Shown here: positions 9,612 to 18,374 of the stretch, piece after piece | Position numbering within the stretch: position 1 is the first letter of the stretch | Layout of the letters: each line of letters opens with the position of its first letter | Assembly (NCBI GenBank): GCA_963717505.1 | Contig: OY970342.1 | Location: 992,001 to 1,056,000 of the forward strand | Reading direction: 5' to 3' | DNA length: 64,000 bases | Origin: Candidatus Eiseniibacteriota bacterium | GTDB taxonomy: Bacteria; Eisenbacteria; RBG-16-71-46 | Made by a program: the position numbers and the translations under genes | The notes under the pieces: generated by a model | Told to the model about the DNA's origin: nothing | Databases searched by the model: none | Seen by the model: only the letters and a program-made list of their open reading frames with translations

Positions 9612-11792
9612 ATGACGACCTTCACACGCAATACTCGAACGATGTCGGGGGCCGCGCGGACGGGACTCGCCATCGCGATGATGCTTGCCGCTTCGTTCAC
9701 CGCCGCCTACGCCCAGGATGACAACGCTGAGATCGTGATGCCGACCCAGCTCGGCTATCTGACCTTCGGCCTCCAGGGGTGGGATCAGGACAACCAGGAA
9801 GCCAAGTACCGCGAATTCCAAGACATCGCCCGCGGTCCACTCTTGGAGTCGTTCTTGTGGCGGGACTGGGGTGCCCCGACGCAGTGGACGATCCTCGGGT
9901 CCAGTGCCGTCCGGAACGATCAGTTCTCGAAGATCGGGATGAGCCGGGGCGCTCGGCTGCGCGTGGACCTGGAGTATCAGCGAACGCCTCATCTCTACAG
10001 CCAGGTCGCGCAGAGCTCCTACAGACAGGGCCCCCCGGGCACCTATCTGCTTCCGGACACGCTCCAGAGAACCAACCAGGAGAATCCGACCGGGTACATC
10101 CCGACCATGACCGACCTACTGTCGACGGCGCCGCGCATTCCGCTCGACGCCCGCACCGACAACACGCGCGCGCGGATCAAGACCCGGCCCGCCACCGGCT
10201 GGACCCTCCAGCTGCGGGGCGAAGATCGGCACCGCACCGGCTCGATCGCCTACGGCGGCACGTTCGGGTTCAGCAACGCGGTCGAGCTGGCCGCACCCGT
10301 GGACCATCGCACCGTGGATGCCGAGGCCAGCGGCCAGTACTCCCGCGATCGCATCAACGCCGAAGTCGCTGTGGGTATGAGCGCGTTCGAGAATCGCGTC
10401 AGCACCATGATCTGGGACAACCCCAGGCGCTACACCGACGCCGCGACCACCGGGTCGTCCCGCGGCCAGATGGACCTGGCGCCCGACAATCAAACCGTCT
10501 ACGGGCGTCTGGCCTTCGGCATGCGACTCGCCCCGACCACGATGGTGTCGGCGACCGGTAGCATGTCGGTGGGCGAGCAGGATGATGATTTCCTGCCGTT
10601 CACGATCAATAGCGCGATCCCACAGGGAAGTCTCGACTCGCTGCCCGCGCGCAGCGCGAACGCCAAGTTCGTGCGGACCACCGCCGACCTGCGCTTGACC
10701 ACCCGGCCGCTGACGCGTCTCGGTGGAACGCTGCGCCTCCGGCACCACCGCTACGACAATCAGACGGACGAGCACTCGCTCATCGGGCAGGTTGCGTATG
10801 ACCAGACGTGGCAGCCCGGGGAGGTGCACAGTCACGCGTTCGGCAATCAGCAGACCGAAGTCGGCGGCGACATCGACTTCGACGTCACGAGCTGGCTCGA
10901 CCTCACGGGCCTCCTCGAGTATCGCCAGCGCGAGCACACCGAGCGCGAGGTCGAGAAGGACGCCGAGAGCGTGTTCGGCCTCGAGGCTCGGGCGCGACCC
11001 GGCGACGCCCTGACGCTCAAGGCTGGCTTTCGGCATGGCAATCGTGAGTTCGATGAATTTCACGAGAGCCACTACCAGGACGACACCACGTTCTTCGAAC
11101 AGCCGGACTTGCGGCGCTTCGACGTCGCCAATCGGGTGCAGGACCTTGCCGACGCATCGTTGGGTTGGATGGCCGGCGACAACCTCGAGCTGACCGTGGA
11201 CTACACTTACATGAACAACGACTTCCCCGACTCGCACTACGGGCTGCAGAGCGAGATCGAGCATCTGGCGATCGGCGCGGCGACGATTCAGGCGGGCCCG
11301 AACGGCGAGATCACCGGCGGCTACGGGTTTTCGCGCAAGGAAACCCGCCAGCAGTCGAACGAAAGCAATCCTCCGGTCACCGCCGACGCGCTGACCGATT
11401 GGCAGGCGAAGATCCGCGACGAGAACTGGTACGTGTTCGCGCACGCCGGCTGGTGGGCCGTTCCTCGCCGGGTCCAGTTCACCGCCGACTACACCATGTC
11501 GCGCGACGTCACCGCGTACGACCTGTCGAACGGCGCCGGCACCGCGCAGGATCTACCCAACACCTATTACAACCGCACCGACCTGTTGCTGCAGGCGATC
11601 TACCGGATGCGCCACAACCTGGACATCACCGCGCGCTACCGGTTCGACCAATACCGCGTGGACGACCTGACGACGGAGAACATCCCGCTGCTCGGAATCA
11701 CCGGCACTGCGGCGACGGCCATCTACCTCGGCGACAGCATTCAGGACTACAATGCACACTTGGTCGCGCTAGTGGCGACCAAGCGATTCTGA
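9612..11792 (+). CDS. mtrB: MtrB/PioB-family decaheme-associated outer-membrane beta-barrel porin
   Basis: Directly follows the decaheme gene; signal peptide ending AYA-Q; AKYREFQD, APVDHRT, LAPDNQ, LRRFDVANR segments typical of MtrB/PioB; terminal Phe. Confidence 0.88.
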   Translation: MTTFTRNTRTMSGAARTGLAIAMMLAASFTAAYAQDDNAEIVMPTQLGYLTFGLQGWDQDNQEAKYREFQDIARGPLLESFLWRDWGAPTQWTILGSSAVRNDQFSKIGMSRGARLRVDLEYQRTPHLYSQVAQSSYRQGPPGTYLLPDTLQRTNQENPTGYIPTMTDLLSTAPRIPLDARTDNTRARIKTRPATGWTLQLRGEDRHRTGSIAYGGTFGFSNAVELAAPVDHRTVDAEASGQYSRDRINAEVAVGMSAFENRVSTMIWDNPRRYTDAATTGSSRGQMDLAPDNQTVYGRLAFGMRLAPTTMVSATGSMSVGEQDDDFLPFTINSAIPQGSLDSLPARSANAKFVRTTADLRLTTRPLTRLGGTLRLRHHRYDNQTDEHSLIGQVAYDQTWQPGEVHSHAFGNQQTEVGGDIDFDVTSWLDLTGLLEYRQREHTEREVEKDAESVFGLEARARPGDALTLKAGFRHGNREFDEFHESHYQDDTTFFEQPDLRRFDVANRVQDLADASLGWMAGDNLELTVDYTYMNNDFPDSHYGLQSEIEHLAIGAATIQAGPNGEITGGYGFSRKETRQQSNESNPPVTADALTDWQAKIRDENWYVFAHAGWWAVPRRVQFTADYTMSRDVTAYDLSNGAGTAQDLPNTYYNRTDLLLQAIYRMRHNLDITARYRFDQYRVDDLTTENIPLLGITGTAATAIYLGDSIQDYNAHLVALVATKRF

Positions 11793-11817
11793 GGCCGAAC
11801 AGGAGACTCCAACCACG

Positions 11818-12237
11818 ATGACCCTCCGCGCACGTATCCCGGCTCTCTTCGCCACCGTGTTGGTCGCCGGCGCCCTTATGGCCGCCGGCGCCCGCACGGA
11901 GGAAACGAAGGAGGCCGCCAAGACTGAAACACCTGCCGGCCAGCAGGTGTTCCTCAAGTACAAGTGCAACTCCTGCCACACGATCGAGGCGGCGAAGATC
12001 GTCAAGGTCGAAGCCGAGGAGGAGGCGGCGTCGACCACCAAACGGAAGCCGCCGGACCTCTCGGGCGTTGGCAAGAAGCACACGGCTGACTGGATGCAGA
12101 AGTACGTGACCAAGAAAGAGATGATCGACGGTGAGCGGCACTCCAAGAAGTTCCGCGGCACGGAGGAAGAGCTGAAGACGGTGACCACCTGGCTCGAAAC
12201 GTTCAAGGTGGAAGCCAAGAAGGCAAAGAAGAGCTGA
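11818..12237 (+). CDS. Periplasmic monoheme class I cytochrome c (MtoD-like position)
   Basis: Signal peptide, single CNSCH, PPDLSGVG motif, AGGAG RBS. Confidence 0.88.
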   Translation: MTLRARIPALFATVLVAGALMAAGARTEETKEAAKTETPAGQQVFLKYKCNSCHTIEAAKIVKVEAEEEAASTTKRKPPDLSGVGKKHTADWMQKYVTKKEMIDGERHSKKFRGTEEELKTVTTWLETFKVEAKKAKKS

Positions 12238-12238
12238 C

Positions 12239-12868
12239 GTGACGCTGGAGAACGTCGTCCTCTTCAGCGTCCTGGGTGTCGGCATCCTGCTGCTGGCCTG
12301 GATTGCCGCGAAGCCGGACATCACGCGGCAGGCGGGTGGGCGGGTGCTCGCCTTTCTCGCGATCTTTGCTCTTCCGGCGCTCGGAGCCAGCATGGGCTTC
12401 ACGACCCAGCTCGAGCACTTCAAGAAGCGCGAGTTCTGCGCGTCGTGTCACACCATGGACGAATACCACCGCAGCCTCCTCGTCGACGACGACGAGTTCA
12501 TCCCGGCACTGCATTTCCAGAACAACTGGGTTCCGCAGGACAAGGCGTGCTACACCTGCCATACCAACTACGGCCCGTTCGGAGATGCGAAGTCGAAGTT
12601 CCGCGGCCTGCGGCACGTGCTCGTGCAGTACTTCGGATCCATCCCCGACACGCTCCACCTGTACGCACCCTACAAGAACCGCGAGTGCCTCCACTGCCAC
12701 GGCGGCGGACGCAAGTTCGAAGCCGAGAGCGCGCACCACGAAGGCGACACGACGTTCGTCGCGCTGATGGAAGACCGTATGTCGTGCACCACCTCGGGGT
12801 GCCACGACGTAGCGCACAACGTGGATGAGCTGGGCGAGGTCGACTTCTGGAAGGCAACCTCCAAATGA
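12239..12868 (+). CDS. Membrane-anchored NapC/NirT (CymA-like) tetraheme cytochrome c
   Basis: Two N-terminal hydrophobic helices; FCASCHTM, CYTCH, CLHCH and an atypical CTTSGCH. Confidence 0.85.
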   Translation: MTLENVVLFSVLGVGILLLAWIAAKPDITRQAGGRVLAFLAIFALPALGASMGFTTQLEHFKKREFCASCHTMDEYHRSLLVDDDEFIPALHFQNNWVPQDKACYTCHTNYGPFGDAKSKFRGLRHVLVQYFGSIPDTLHLYAPYKNRECLHCHGGGRKFEAESAHHEGDTTFVALMEDRMSCTTSGCHDVAHNVDELGEVDFWKATSK

Positions 12869-13074
12869 CCCCGACGAGGAGTCGCATGGAGCGCCGGGTG
12901 CGGGTGGCGGGCCTGCTGGTGCTGGTCGGGCTCGTGCTCGAGACGATCAGCCTGTTGATCCGTCATCCTCTGGGGATCCTGATCCTGTCCATGGTCGGGA
13001 TCCTGATCGTCGTGGCAGGAATCGCGATGTTCCTGCTCGGGCTCGCCGTGCACGAGCCCGCACGTCACGACTAG
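12865..13074 (+). CDS. Small two-TM membrane protein, last gene of the cytochrome operon
   Basis: ATGA overlap with the NapC-like gene; two hydrophobic segments in 69 aa. Confidence 0.7.
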   Translation: MTPTRSRMERRVRVAGLLVLVGLVLETISLLIRHPLGILILSMVGILIVVAGIAMFLLGLAVHEPARHD

Positions 13075-13098
13075 CCTCGCGGTCGCGGCCGGGGGCGA

Positions 13099-13992
13099 CT
13101 ACTCCTGCGGGTAGTCGTAGACTCCGCGGCCGGTCTTGCGCCCCAGCCGCCCCGCGGCCACGTATTGCTCGAGCAGCGGGCAGGGACGGAACTTCTCGCC
13201 CAGCGTGCGGTGCAGGAACTTGAGGATCGAGAGCCGCGTGTCGAGCCCGACGAGGTCGACCAGCTCGAACGGCCCCATCGGGTGGTTGAGCCCGAGCTTC
13301 AGCGCCTGGTCGATGTCGCGGGCACTCGCCACGCCTTCTTGCAGCATGTAGAAGGCCTCGTTGCCGATCATCGCGTTGATGCGGCTGGTGACGAAGCCCG
13401 GCGACTCGCGCACCACGACGCAGGTCTTGCCCATCGCCTCGCCGACGGCCCGGGCCGCGGCGATCGTCGCCTCGCTGGTCTCGAGCGCGCGGACGATCTC
13501 GAGCAGCTTCATACGATGCACGGGATTGAAGAAGTGCATGCCGACCACCTGCGCCGGCCGGTTCGTGGCGGCGGCCATCTCGGTGATCGACAGCGACGAG
13601 GTGTTGCTCGCGAGAACGGTATGGGCGGGCGCGAGCTTGTCGAGCGCTGCAAAAATCTCCAGCTTGAGATCCATGCTCTCGGGCACCGCCTCGATCACCA
13701 GGTCGGCGCCGTGCGCGGCGTCTTCGATGCTGCGCGTCGTGGTCAGGCGCTGGACCGAAGCGGCGGCGGCATCCGGCGGAACCTTTCCTGCGGCAACACC
13801 CTTCTCGAAGATCCCGCGAATCTCGCCGAGCCCGCGATCCAGCGCTTCGGCGCTCGTGTCCTGCATTCGGGTCCCGAAGCCCCCGAGTGCCGCGGCGTAG
13901 GCGATGCCCCGGCCCATGATCCCGGCGCCGAGCACCGCGATCGTCCGGATTCCCATGGTGGCCGGCGCTTCGGGAGCGGTGGTGGCGCTCAC
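13099..13992 (-). CDS. 3-hydroxyacyl/3-hydroxybutyryl-CoA dehydrogenase
   Basis: GAGIMGRGIA Rossmann motif, EAVPE, SNTSSLS, GMHFFNP, PMGPFELVDLVGLD; GTGA overlap with bioY (alternative ATG at 13956). Confidence 0.93.
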   Translation of the reverse strand: MSATTAPEAPATMGIRTIAVLGAGIMGRGIAYAAALGGFGTRMQDTSAEALDRGLGEIRGIFEKGVAAGKVPPDAAAASVQRLTTTRSIEDAAHGADLVIEAVPESMDLKLEIFAALDKLAPAHTVLASNTSSLSITEMAAATNRPAQVVGMHFFNPVHRMKLLEIVRALETSEATIAAARAVGEAMGKTCVVVRESPGFVTSRINAMIGNEAFYMLQEGVASARDIDQALKLGLNHPMGPFELVDLVGLDTRLSILKFLHRTLGEKFRPCPLLEQYVAAGRLGRKTGRGVYDYPQE

Positions 13993-14573
13993 GCCCGCCC
14001 GCCGCGACGCGCCCACGACCACGCCGCCGGGAACGCGAGAGCCGCGAGCGAGGACTTGATCAGGTCGCCCGGCAGGAACGGCAGCAGCCCTGCGCCCAAC
14101 AACTGCTCGGCGGGCATGAAGCGCGACAGCACCGCGAGCCCGAGCGCGAAGATCACTGTGCTGCCGAGTAGCATGGCCGCGAGCATGGTCAGGAAACGAC
14201 GGTCCCAACCGCGCTGGCAGAGGAAACCGGTCACCGCTGCCGCGAACGGGAACGCGATCAGGTACCCGGCGGTCGGGCCGGCGAACTTCACGGCCCCCGC
14301 GGCGCCGCCGGCGAACACCGGCAAGCCGAACGCGCCCTCGGCCAAGTAGAGGAGCTGGGCGAGGAACGCCCGGCGCGCCCCGAGCACCGCTCCCGAGAGC
14401 AGCACCGCGAACGTCTGCCCGGTGATCGGCACAGGCGACCACGGCAGCGGGAACGCGATCTGAGCCGCAAGCGCGGTGACGATGCTCGCGCTCACGATCA
14501 GCGCCGCGTTTTGCAGGGCATCGGGTCGCGGCAGGGCGACGTCGGCAAGGGTTGCGGAGCGTGCGGCGGGCAT
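13989..14573 (-). CDS. bioY: Biotin transporter BioY
   Basis: PVPITGQTFAV, YLAEGAFGLPVF, GPTAGYL, PFLPGDLIK; ATG 14573 after AGAGGA. Confidence 0.92.
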   Translation of the reverse strand: MPAARSATLADVALPRPDALQNAALIVSASIVTALAAQIAFPLPWSPVPITGQTFAVLLSGAVLGARRAFLAQLLYLAEGAFGLPVFAGGAAGAVKFAGPTAGYLIAFPFAAAVTGFLCQRGWDRRFLTMLAAMLLGSTVIFALGLAVLSRFMPAEQLLGAGLLPFLPGDLIKSSLAALAFPAAWSWARRGGRA

Positions 14574-14706
14574 GGGGTTCCTCTGGAGTGGGTTCGTAGG
14601 ACCGGTCCTAACCGCCCGGGGATCGGTCCCTGGGGTGTCGCAGGACACAGGATCGAGAGCCGCGAGGCTATCACCGGGCTCGAAAGGCGGGCAACCGTCC
14701 TGGGCG

Positions 14707-15438
14707 TCAGCGACGGACGAGCGGCTTCATGTTCCTGAGCCAATGCTCCTGGAACAGCTCGACCAACCCGACCCCGGTGAAATAGAGGAACCCGAACGCC
14801 GCCGGCCGCCACGGATCGTCGATCCAAAGCCCGCTGCCGGGCAGGTTCGCGGCGCTCTCGACCGCGCTCGTGATTCCCAACCTCGGGATCGGCAGCAGGG
14901 TGGTGAGGAAGACACCGCCGAGGTAGAACATCGCGGTCGCGGCCCACATGCTCTGGATGTAGAGCTTCTGCTTCCCGCTCACGCCGGGCCCCATCATTGC
15001 GCCCATCAGGCGGTTCAAGGTCTGACCCCAGAACGTGATCAGCGGCCACGCCGTCTTGAACGCCAGGCTGAACCCGATCACGAACACCGAGTAGAAGGCA
15101 CCAAGGCCGAGCACGGCGCCCAGTCTCTTCTTCTTGGGATCGTCGCCGTACGCCATGCTGCCCAGGATCGCGGACGAGTGAATGACGATGAATTCGAGCA
15201 GCATGACCAGAACGATGTATTGCAGCATCCAGCCCGGCATCCGGTCGGGCCAGATCCAGGTCAGCAGGCACCCGGCGCCGAAGGCGAGGTCGGGCAGCGC
15301 GGCGGTCAGCGAAGCCGGGGTGATCGAACCCAACCAAGAGTCCACCGGCGCCACGGATGCGTCGTGGCATTCGGCCGCCCCGGCCTCCGGGACGGCATCT
15401 CGCGCCGGGTCGATCCGCCGCGCGGAGGAGGAAGACAT
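14707..15438 (-). CDS. Hypothetical multi-pass membrane protein
   Basis: About six hydrophobic segments, GC3-rich codon use; start uncertain. Confidence 0.65.
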   Translation of the reverse strand: MSSSSARRIDPARDAVPEAGAAECHDASVAPVDSWLGSITPASLTAALPDLAFGAGCLLTWIWPDRMPGWMLQYIVLVMLLEFIVIHSSAILGSMAYGDDPKKKRLGAVLGLGAFYSVFVIGFSLAFKTAWPLITFWGQTLNRLMGAMMGPGVSGKQKLYIQSMWAATAMFYLGGVFLTTLLPIPRLGITSAVESAANLPGSGLWIDDPWRPAAFGFLYFTGVGLVELFQEHWLRNMKPLVRR

Positions 15439-15539
15439 GGCCCCGGTATCGGCCGGGCCGCTCCGGTGCTCGACCGCGCCAGGGAATCGGTTCGCCAGGA
15501 CGTTCGCGGCCCGCGCCCTGTGCTAACTTCCGTCGCTCA

Positions 15540-17375
15540 ATGACCGACGTCATCCGCATTGCCAACGCCGGCGGCTACTGGGGCGACGACCTCGCGCAAC
15601 TTCACCGCCAGATCGAGCTGGGGCCGGTCGACTACGTGACCCTCGACTTCCTCGCCGAGATCACGATGTCGATCATGCAAAAGCAGCGCGCGCGCGATTC
15701 GCGCACCGGCTACGCCGCCGACTTCGTGACCCAGATCGAGCAGGCACTGCCCCTGATCGCCGAACGCGGCGTGCGCGTGATCACCAACGCCGGCGGGGTC
15801 AACCCGCAGGCGTGTCGAGCCGCGTTGATCGAGATGACGCAGCTCCACGGCAAACCGCTCGAGGTCGCCGCCGTTCTGGGCGACGATCTGATGGGGCGCA
15901 TTGGGGAGCTGAACGCGAACGGCGTCACGCTCGATAACATGGACGACGGCGCCAAATTCGCGGCGGTGCGCGATCGTGTGTCGTCGGCCAACGCTTACTT
16001 CGGCGCCTGGCCGGTGGTCGACGCCCTGCGCGCCGGCGCCCGCATCGTGGTCACCGGGCGCTGCACCGACACCGGAATCACGCTGGCGCCGATGATCCAC
16101 GAGTTCGGCTGGGCGGCCGACGACTGGGACCGGCTCGCGAGCGGGATCGTGGCCGGGCACATCGTCGAGTGCGGCGCCCAGAGCACCGGCGGCAACTTCA
16201 CCGACTGGCGCGGCGTCAAGAACTTCGCCGCGATTGGCTACCCGCTGATCGAAGTCCACGCCGACGGCTCGTTCGTGGTCACCAAGCACCCGGGCACCGG
16301 GGGTGCCGTCACGGTGCGCACGGTGAAGGAGCAACTGGTTTACGAGATGGGCGATCCGCGCAGTTACATCACCCCGGACGTGGTCGCCGACTTCGGCACC
16401 ATCCAAATCGAGCAGGTCGGGCGCGATCGGGTGCGGGTCTGGGGCGTGCGCGGCAGGCCGGCGCCACCGAATCTCAAGGTCAGCGCCTCCTACTTCGACG
16501 GCTGGAAGGCGAGCGGGACGCTGATCATTTCCGGGCCCGATGCGGTCGACAAGGCCCGCGCGTTCGCGAGTTTGTTTTGGGAGCGGCTCGGCCTGTCGTT
16601 CGCCGCGACCCATACCGAATTGATCGGACACTCGTCGTGCTGGGGACCGCTGGCCCCGCCGGTCGATCCACCCGAAGTACTGCTGCGACTGTCCGCGCGC
16701 GATGGCGACAAGTCCAAGATCGAGAAGTTTTCGAAGCTGATTCCGGCCGTGATCCTGTCGGGACCTCCCGGGGTCGCGGTGACCGGCGGCCGGCCCCCGG
16801 CCCAGGAAGTCGTCGCCTATTGGCCGGCCCTGGTGCCGCGCGATCGCGTGAAGCCGTGTCTCACCGCGCGCGACGGCGCACGGGCGCTCGAGTGGCCGAC
16901 CCCGATCGTCGCCGCCCAGAAACCAGCGCCACTCCCCCACGTGCGTTGGCCGGCGGCCAAAGGGGCGAAGAAGCAGGTCGCGGTTCCGCTGTCGAAGCTC
17001 GCTCACGGACGGAGCGGCGACAAAGGCGACACCTGCAACATCGGTGTGGTGGCGCGAGCACCCGAGGTCTACCCCTGGCTCAAGCGCACACTGACCGAGA
17101 AGCTGGTGCAGCGCCGCTTCAAAGGTATCTGTCTCGGCAAGGTCGAGCGTTTCGAAGTCCCCAATCTTTGGGCGCTCAACTTCCTGCTCCACGAATGTCT
17201 GGGCGGCGGTGGCACGGTGTCGCTGCGGCTCGACGCCCAGGGCAAGACGCTGTCGCACGCACTGCTGGCGATGGAAGTTCGCGCCCCGATCGCACTGGTG
17301 CGCGCCGCGGAGGCCGCGGATTCTCCCGGCCGCCGGCCGGCCGCACGCAAACCAAGATCCAGGAGAACCCGATGA
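15540..17375 (+). CDS. AtuA/DUF1446 family protein (acyclic terpene utilisation AtuA-like) with fused C-terminal domain
   Basis: IANAGGYWGD, DFLAEITM, NAGGVNP, GHIVECGAQSTGGN, EQLVYE; C-terminal HGRSGDKGD...LGGGG..SLRLDAQGK. Confidence 0.9.
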   Translation: MTDVIRIANAGGYWGDDLAQLHRQIELGPVDYVTLDFLAEITMSIMQKQRARDSRTGYAADFVTQIEQALPLIAERGVRVITNAGGVNPQACRAALIEMTQLHGKPLEVAAVLGDDLMGRIGELNANGVTLDNMDDGAKFAAVRDRVSSANAYFGAWPVVDALRAGARIVVTGRCTDTGITLAPMIHEFGWAADDWDRLASGIVAGHIVECGAQSTGGNFTDWRGVKNFAAIGYPLIEVHADGSFVVTKHPGTGGAVTVRTVKEQLVYEMGDPRSYITPDVVADFGTIQIEQVGRDRVRVWGVRGRPAPPNLKVSASYFDGWKASGTLIISGPDAVDKARAFASLFWERLGLSFAATHTELIGHSSCWGPLAPPVDPPEVLLRLSARDGDKSKIEKFSKLIPAVILSGPPGVAVTGGRPPAQEVVAYWPALVPRDRVKPCLTARDGARALEWPTPIVAAQKPAPLPHVRWPAAKGAKKQVAVPLSKLAHGRSGDKGDTCNIGVVARAPEVYPWLKRTLTEKLVQRRFKGICLGKVERFEVPNLWALNFLLHECLGGGGTVSLRLDAQGKTLSHALLAMEVRAPIALVRAAEAADSPGRRPAARKPRSRRTR

Positions 17376-17890
17376 ACAAGCAGACGCTCGACCAGATGTT
17401 CAACCACCTGCTGCAAGTCCACGGCGTCGGGATGCGGATCATCGACCTGATTCCGCCGGACAAGATCGACGCTCATCCGATTCCCGGCATGCGCACGCCC
17501 AAGGAGCTGGTGGTGCACATGTACGCGATGGTGGTGCGCGAGATGGCCGAAGGCGTCCTGCGCGGCAACATCACCGAGCTCGACGAGAAAGCGATCTGCG
17601 AGCGCATCAAGACTCACGCGGACCTGGTCCGGTTCGCGAAGGAATCGTGGTCCGCCGGCGAGGCGGCGCGCGCCAAGATCACCGACCAGCACCTGTCGGC
17701 GATCGTTCAGACACCGTGGGACTTCAAGGCGCCGGGCTACATCATGTTCGGCATCACCCACGACGAGTACCTGCATCACCGCGGGCAGCTTTACGCCTTC
17801 CTGCGCGTGTTCGGCATCGAGCCGATCATGATGTGGGACTTCGGGCACAACGCGCCCGAGTACCAGCCGAAGCAGACCGCCGGCGCATGA
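17372..17890 (+). CDS. DinB/YfiT-like metal-binding four-helix protein
   Basis: ATGA overlap, AGGAG RBS; RTPKELVVH and HDEYLHHRGQLYAFLR motifs. Confidence 0.88.
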   Translation: MNKQTLDQMFNHLLQVHGVGMRIIDLIPPDKIDAHPIPGMRTPKELVVHMYAMVVREMAEGVLRGNITELDEKAICERIKTHADLVRFAKESWSAGEAARAKITDQHLSAIVQTPWDFKAPGYIMFGITHDEYLHHRGQLYAFLRVFGIEPIMMWDFGHNAPEYQPKQTAGA

Positions 17891-17949
17891 CCGCGGCGCA
17901 CCCGACCGGGGGCGCGGCATTCCCTCGCGCGGGAGCAACTCTCGGCTCC

Positions 17950-17992
17950 AGAAAGAACGACGGCCCGCCCCGAGCGAAGTGGGGCGGGCCGT
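17950..17992 (-). terminator. Intrinsic terminator hairpin oriented for a minus-strand transcript
   Basis: 12-bp perfect stem ACGGCCCGCCCC (17960-17971)/GGGGCGGGCCGT (17981-17992) followed on the minus strand by CGTTCTTTCT. Confidence 0.6.
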
Positions 17993-18085
17993 TCGCGACC
18001 CAAAAAGTTAATGGGGGCTGTTGCCTGGAGGACCCGGGGCCGCACCGGATCACTTCCTGAACAACCTCCCCCACTTACCTGCCTG
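17950..18085 (-). ncRNA. Candidate small structured RNA (long irregular hairpin plus terminator)
   Basis: 18010-18076 folds into an extended stem whose G-U pairs form only on the minus strand; followed by ACUUUUUG and a terminator; no credible ORF. Confidence 0.35.
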
Positions 18086-18267
18086 TAGATGTACCCCCTC
18101 CTCGGGGAGTGCACTTTTTTTCGCCCGAGTTTCGTCGAAGCGGGGCTTTTTGCACTCGTTTGACGATGGCTCCGTGATCTCACGTAGTCCGGGGACGTTC
18201 CGACAACGACTTGGCGGCTCGGGCCCAATGGTGCGCCGGGACCGTATCGATCTCCGGAATTCCGCTC

Positions 18268-18297
18268 TTGACGAGCCCGCGCTCCAGCCGCTATTAA
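18268..18297 (+). promoter_or_regulatory. Putative sigma70 promoter of the DtxR-family operon
   Basis: TTGACG (18268-18273)-18 nt-TATTAA (18292-18297). Confidence 0.5.
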
Positions 18298-18328
18298 GGT
18301 AAGCCAAACCAATGTTAGGGTCGGCTAA
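18295..18328. promoter_or_regulatory. Tandem DtxR/IdeR-type operator boxes
   Basis: TAAGGTAAGCCAAACCAAT matches TWAGGTWAGSCTWACCTWA at 16/19 positions; adjacent TTAGGGTCGGCTAA; overlaps the -10 element just upstream of a DtxR-family gene. Confidence 0.7.
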
Positions 18329-18374
18329 TCGGGCTCGGGCTGCACCCGGCTTTCCCCGCGGAGGACCTGCAAAC

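Noticed and set aside
8680-13074. Firm call of Fe(II) oxidation (mto/pio) versus metal reduction
   Set aside because: Direction cannot be determined from motifs or gene order alone
18010-18080. SRP (4.5S) RNA, suggested by GGGGGCTGTTG...CCCCCAC ends on the plus strand
   Set aside because: Too short and lacks the conserved helix-8 CAGG..GNRA..AGCAG core
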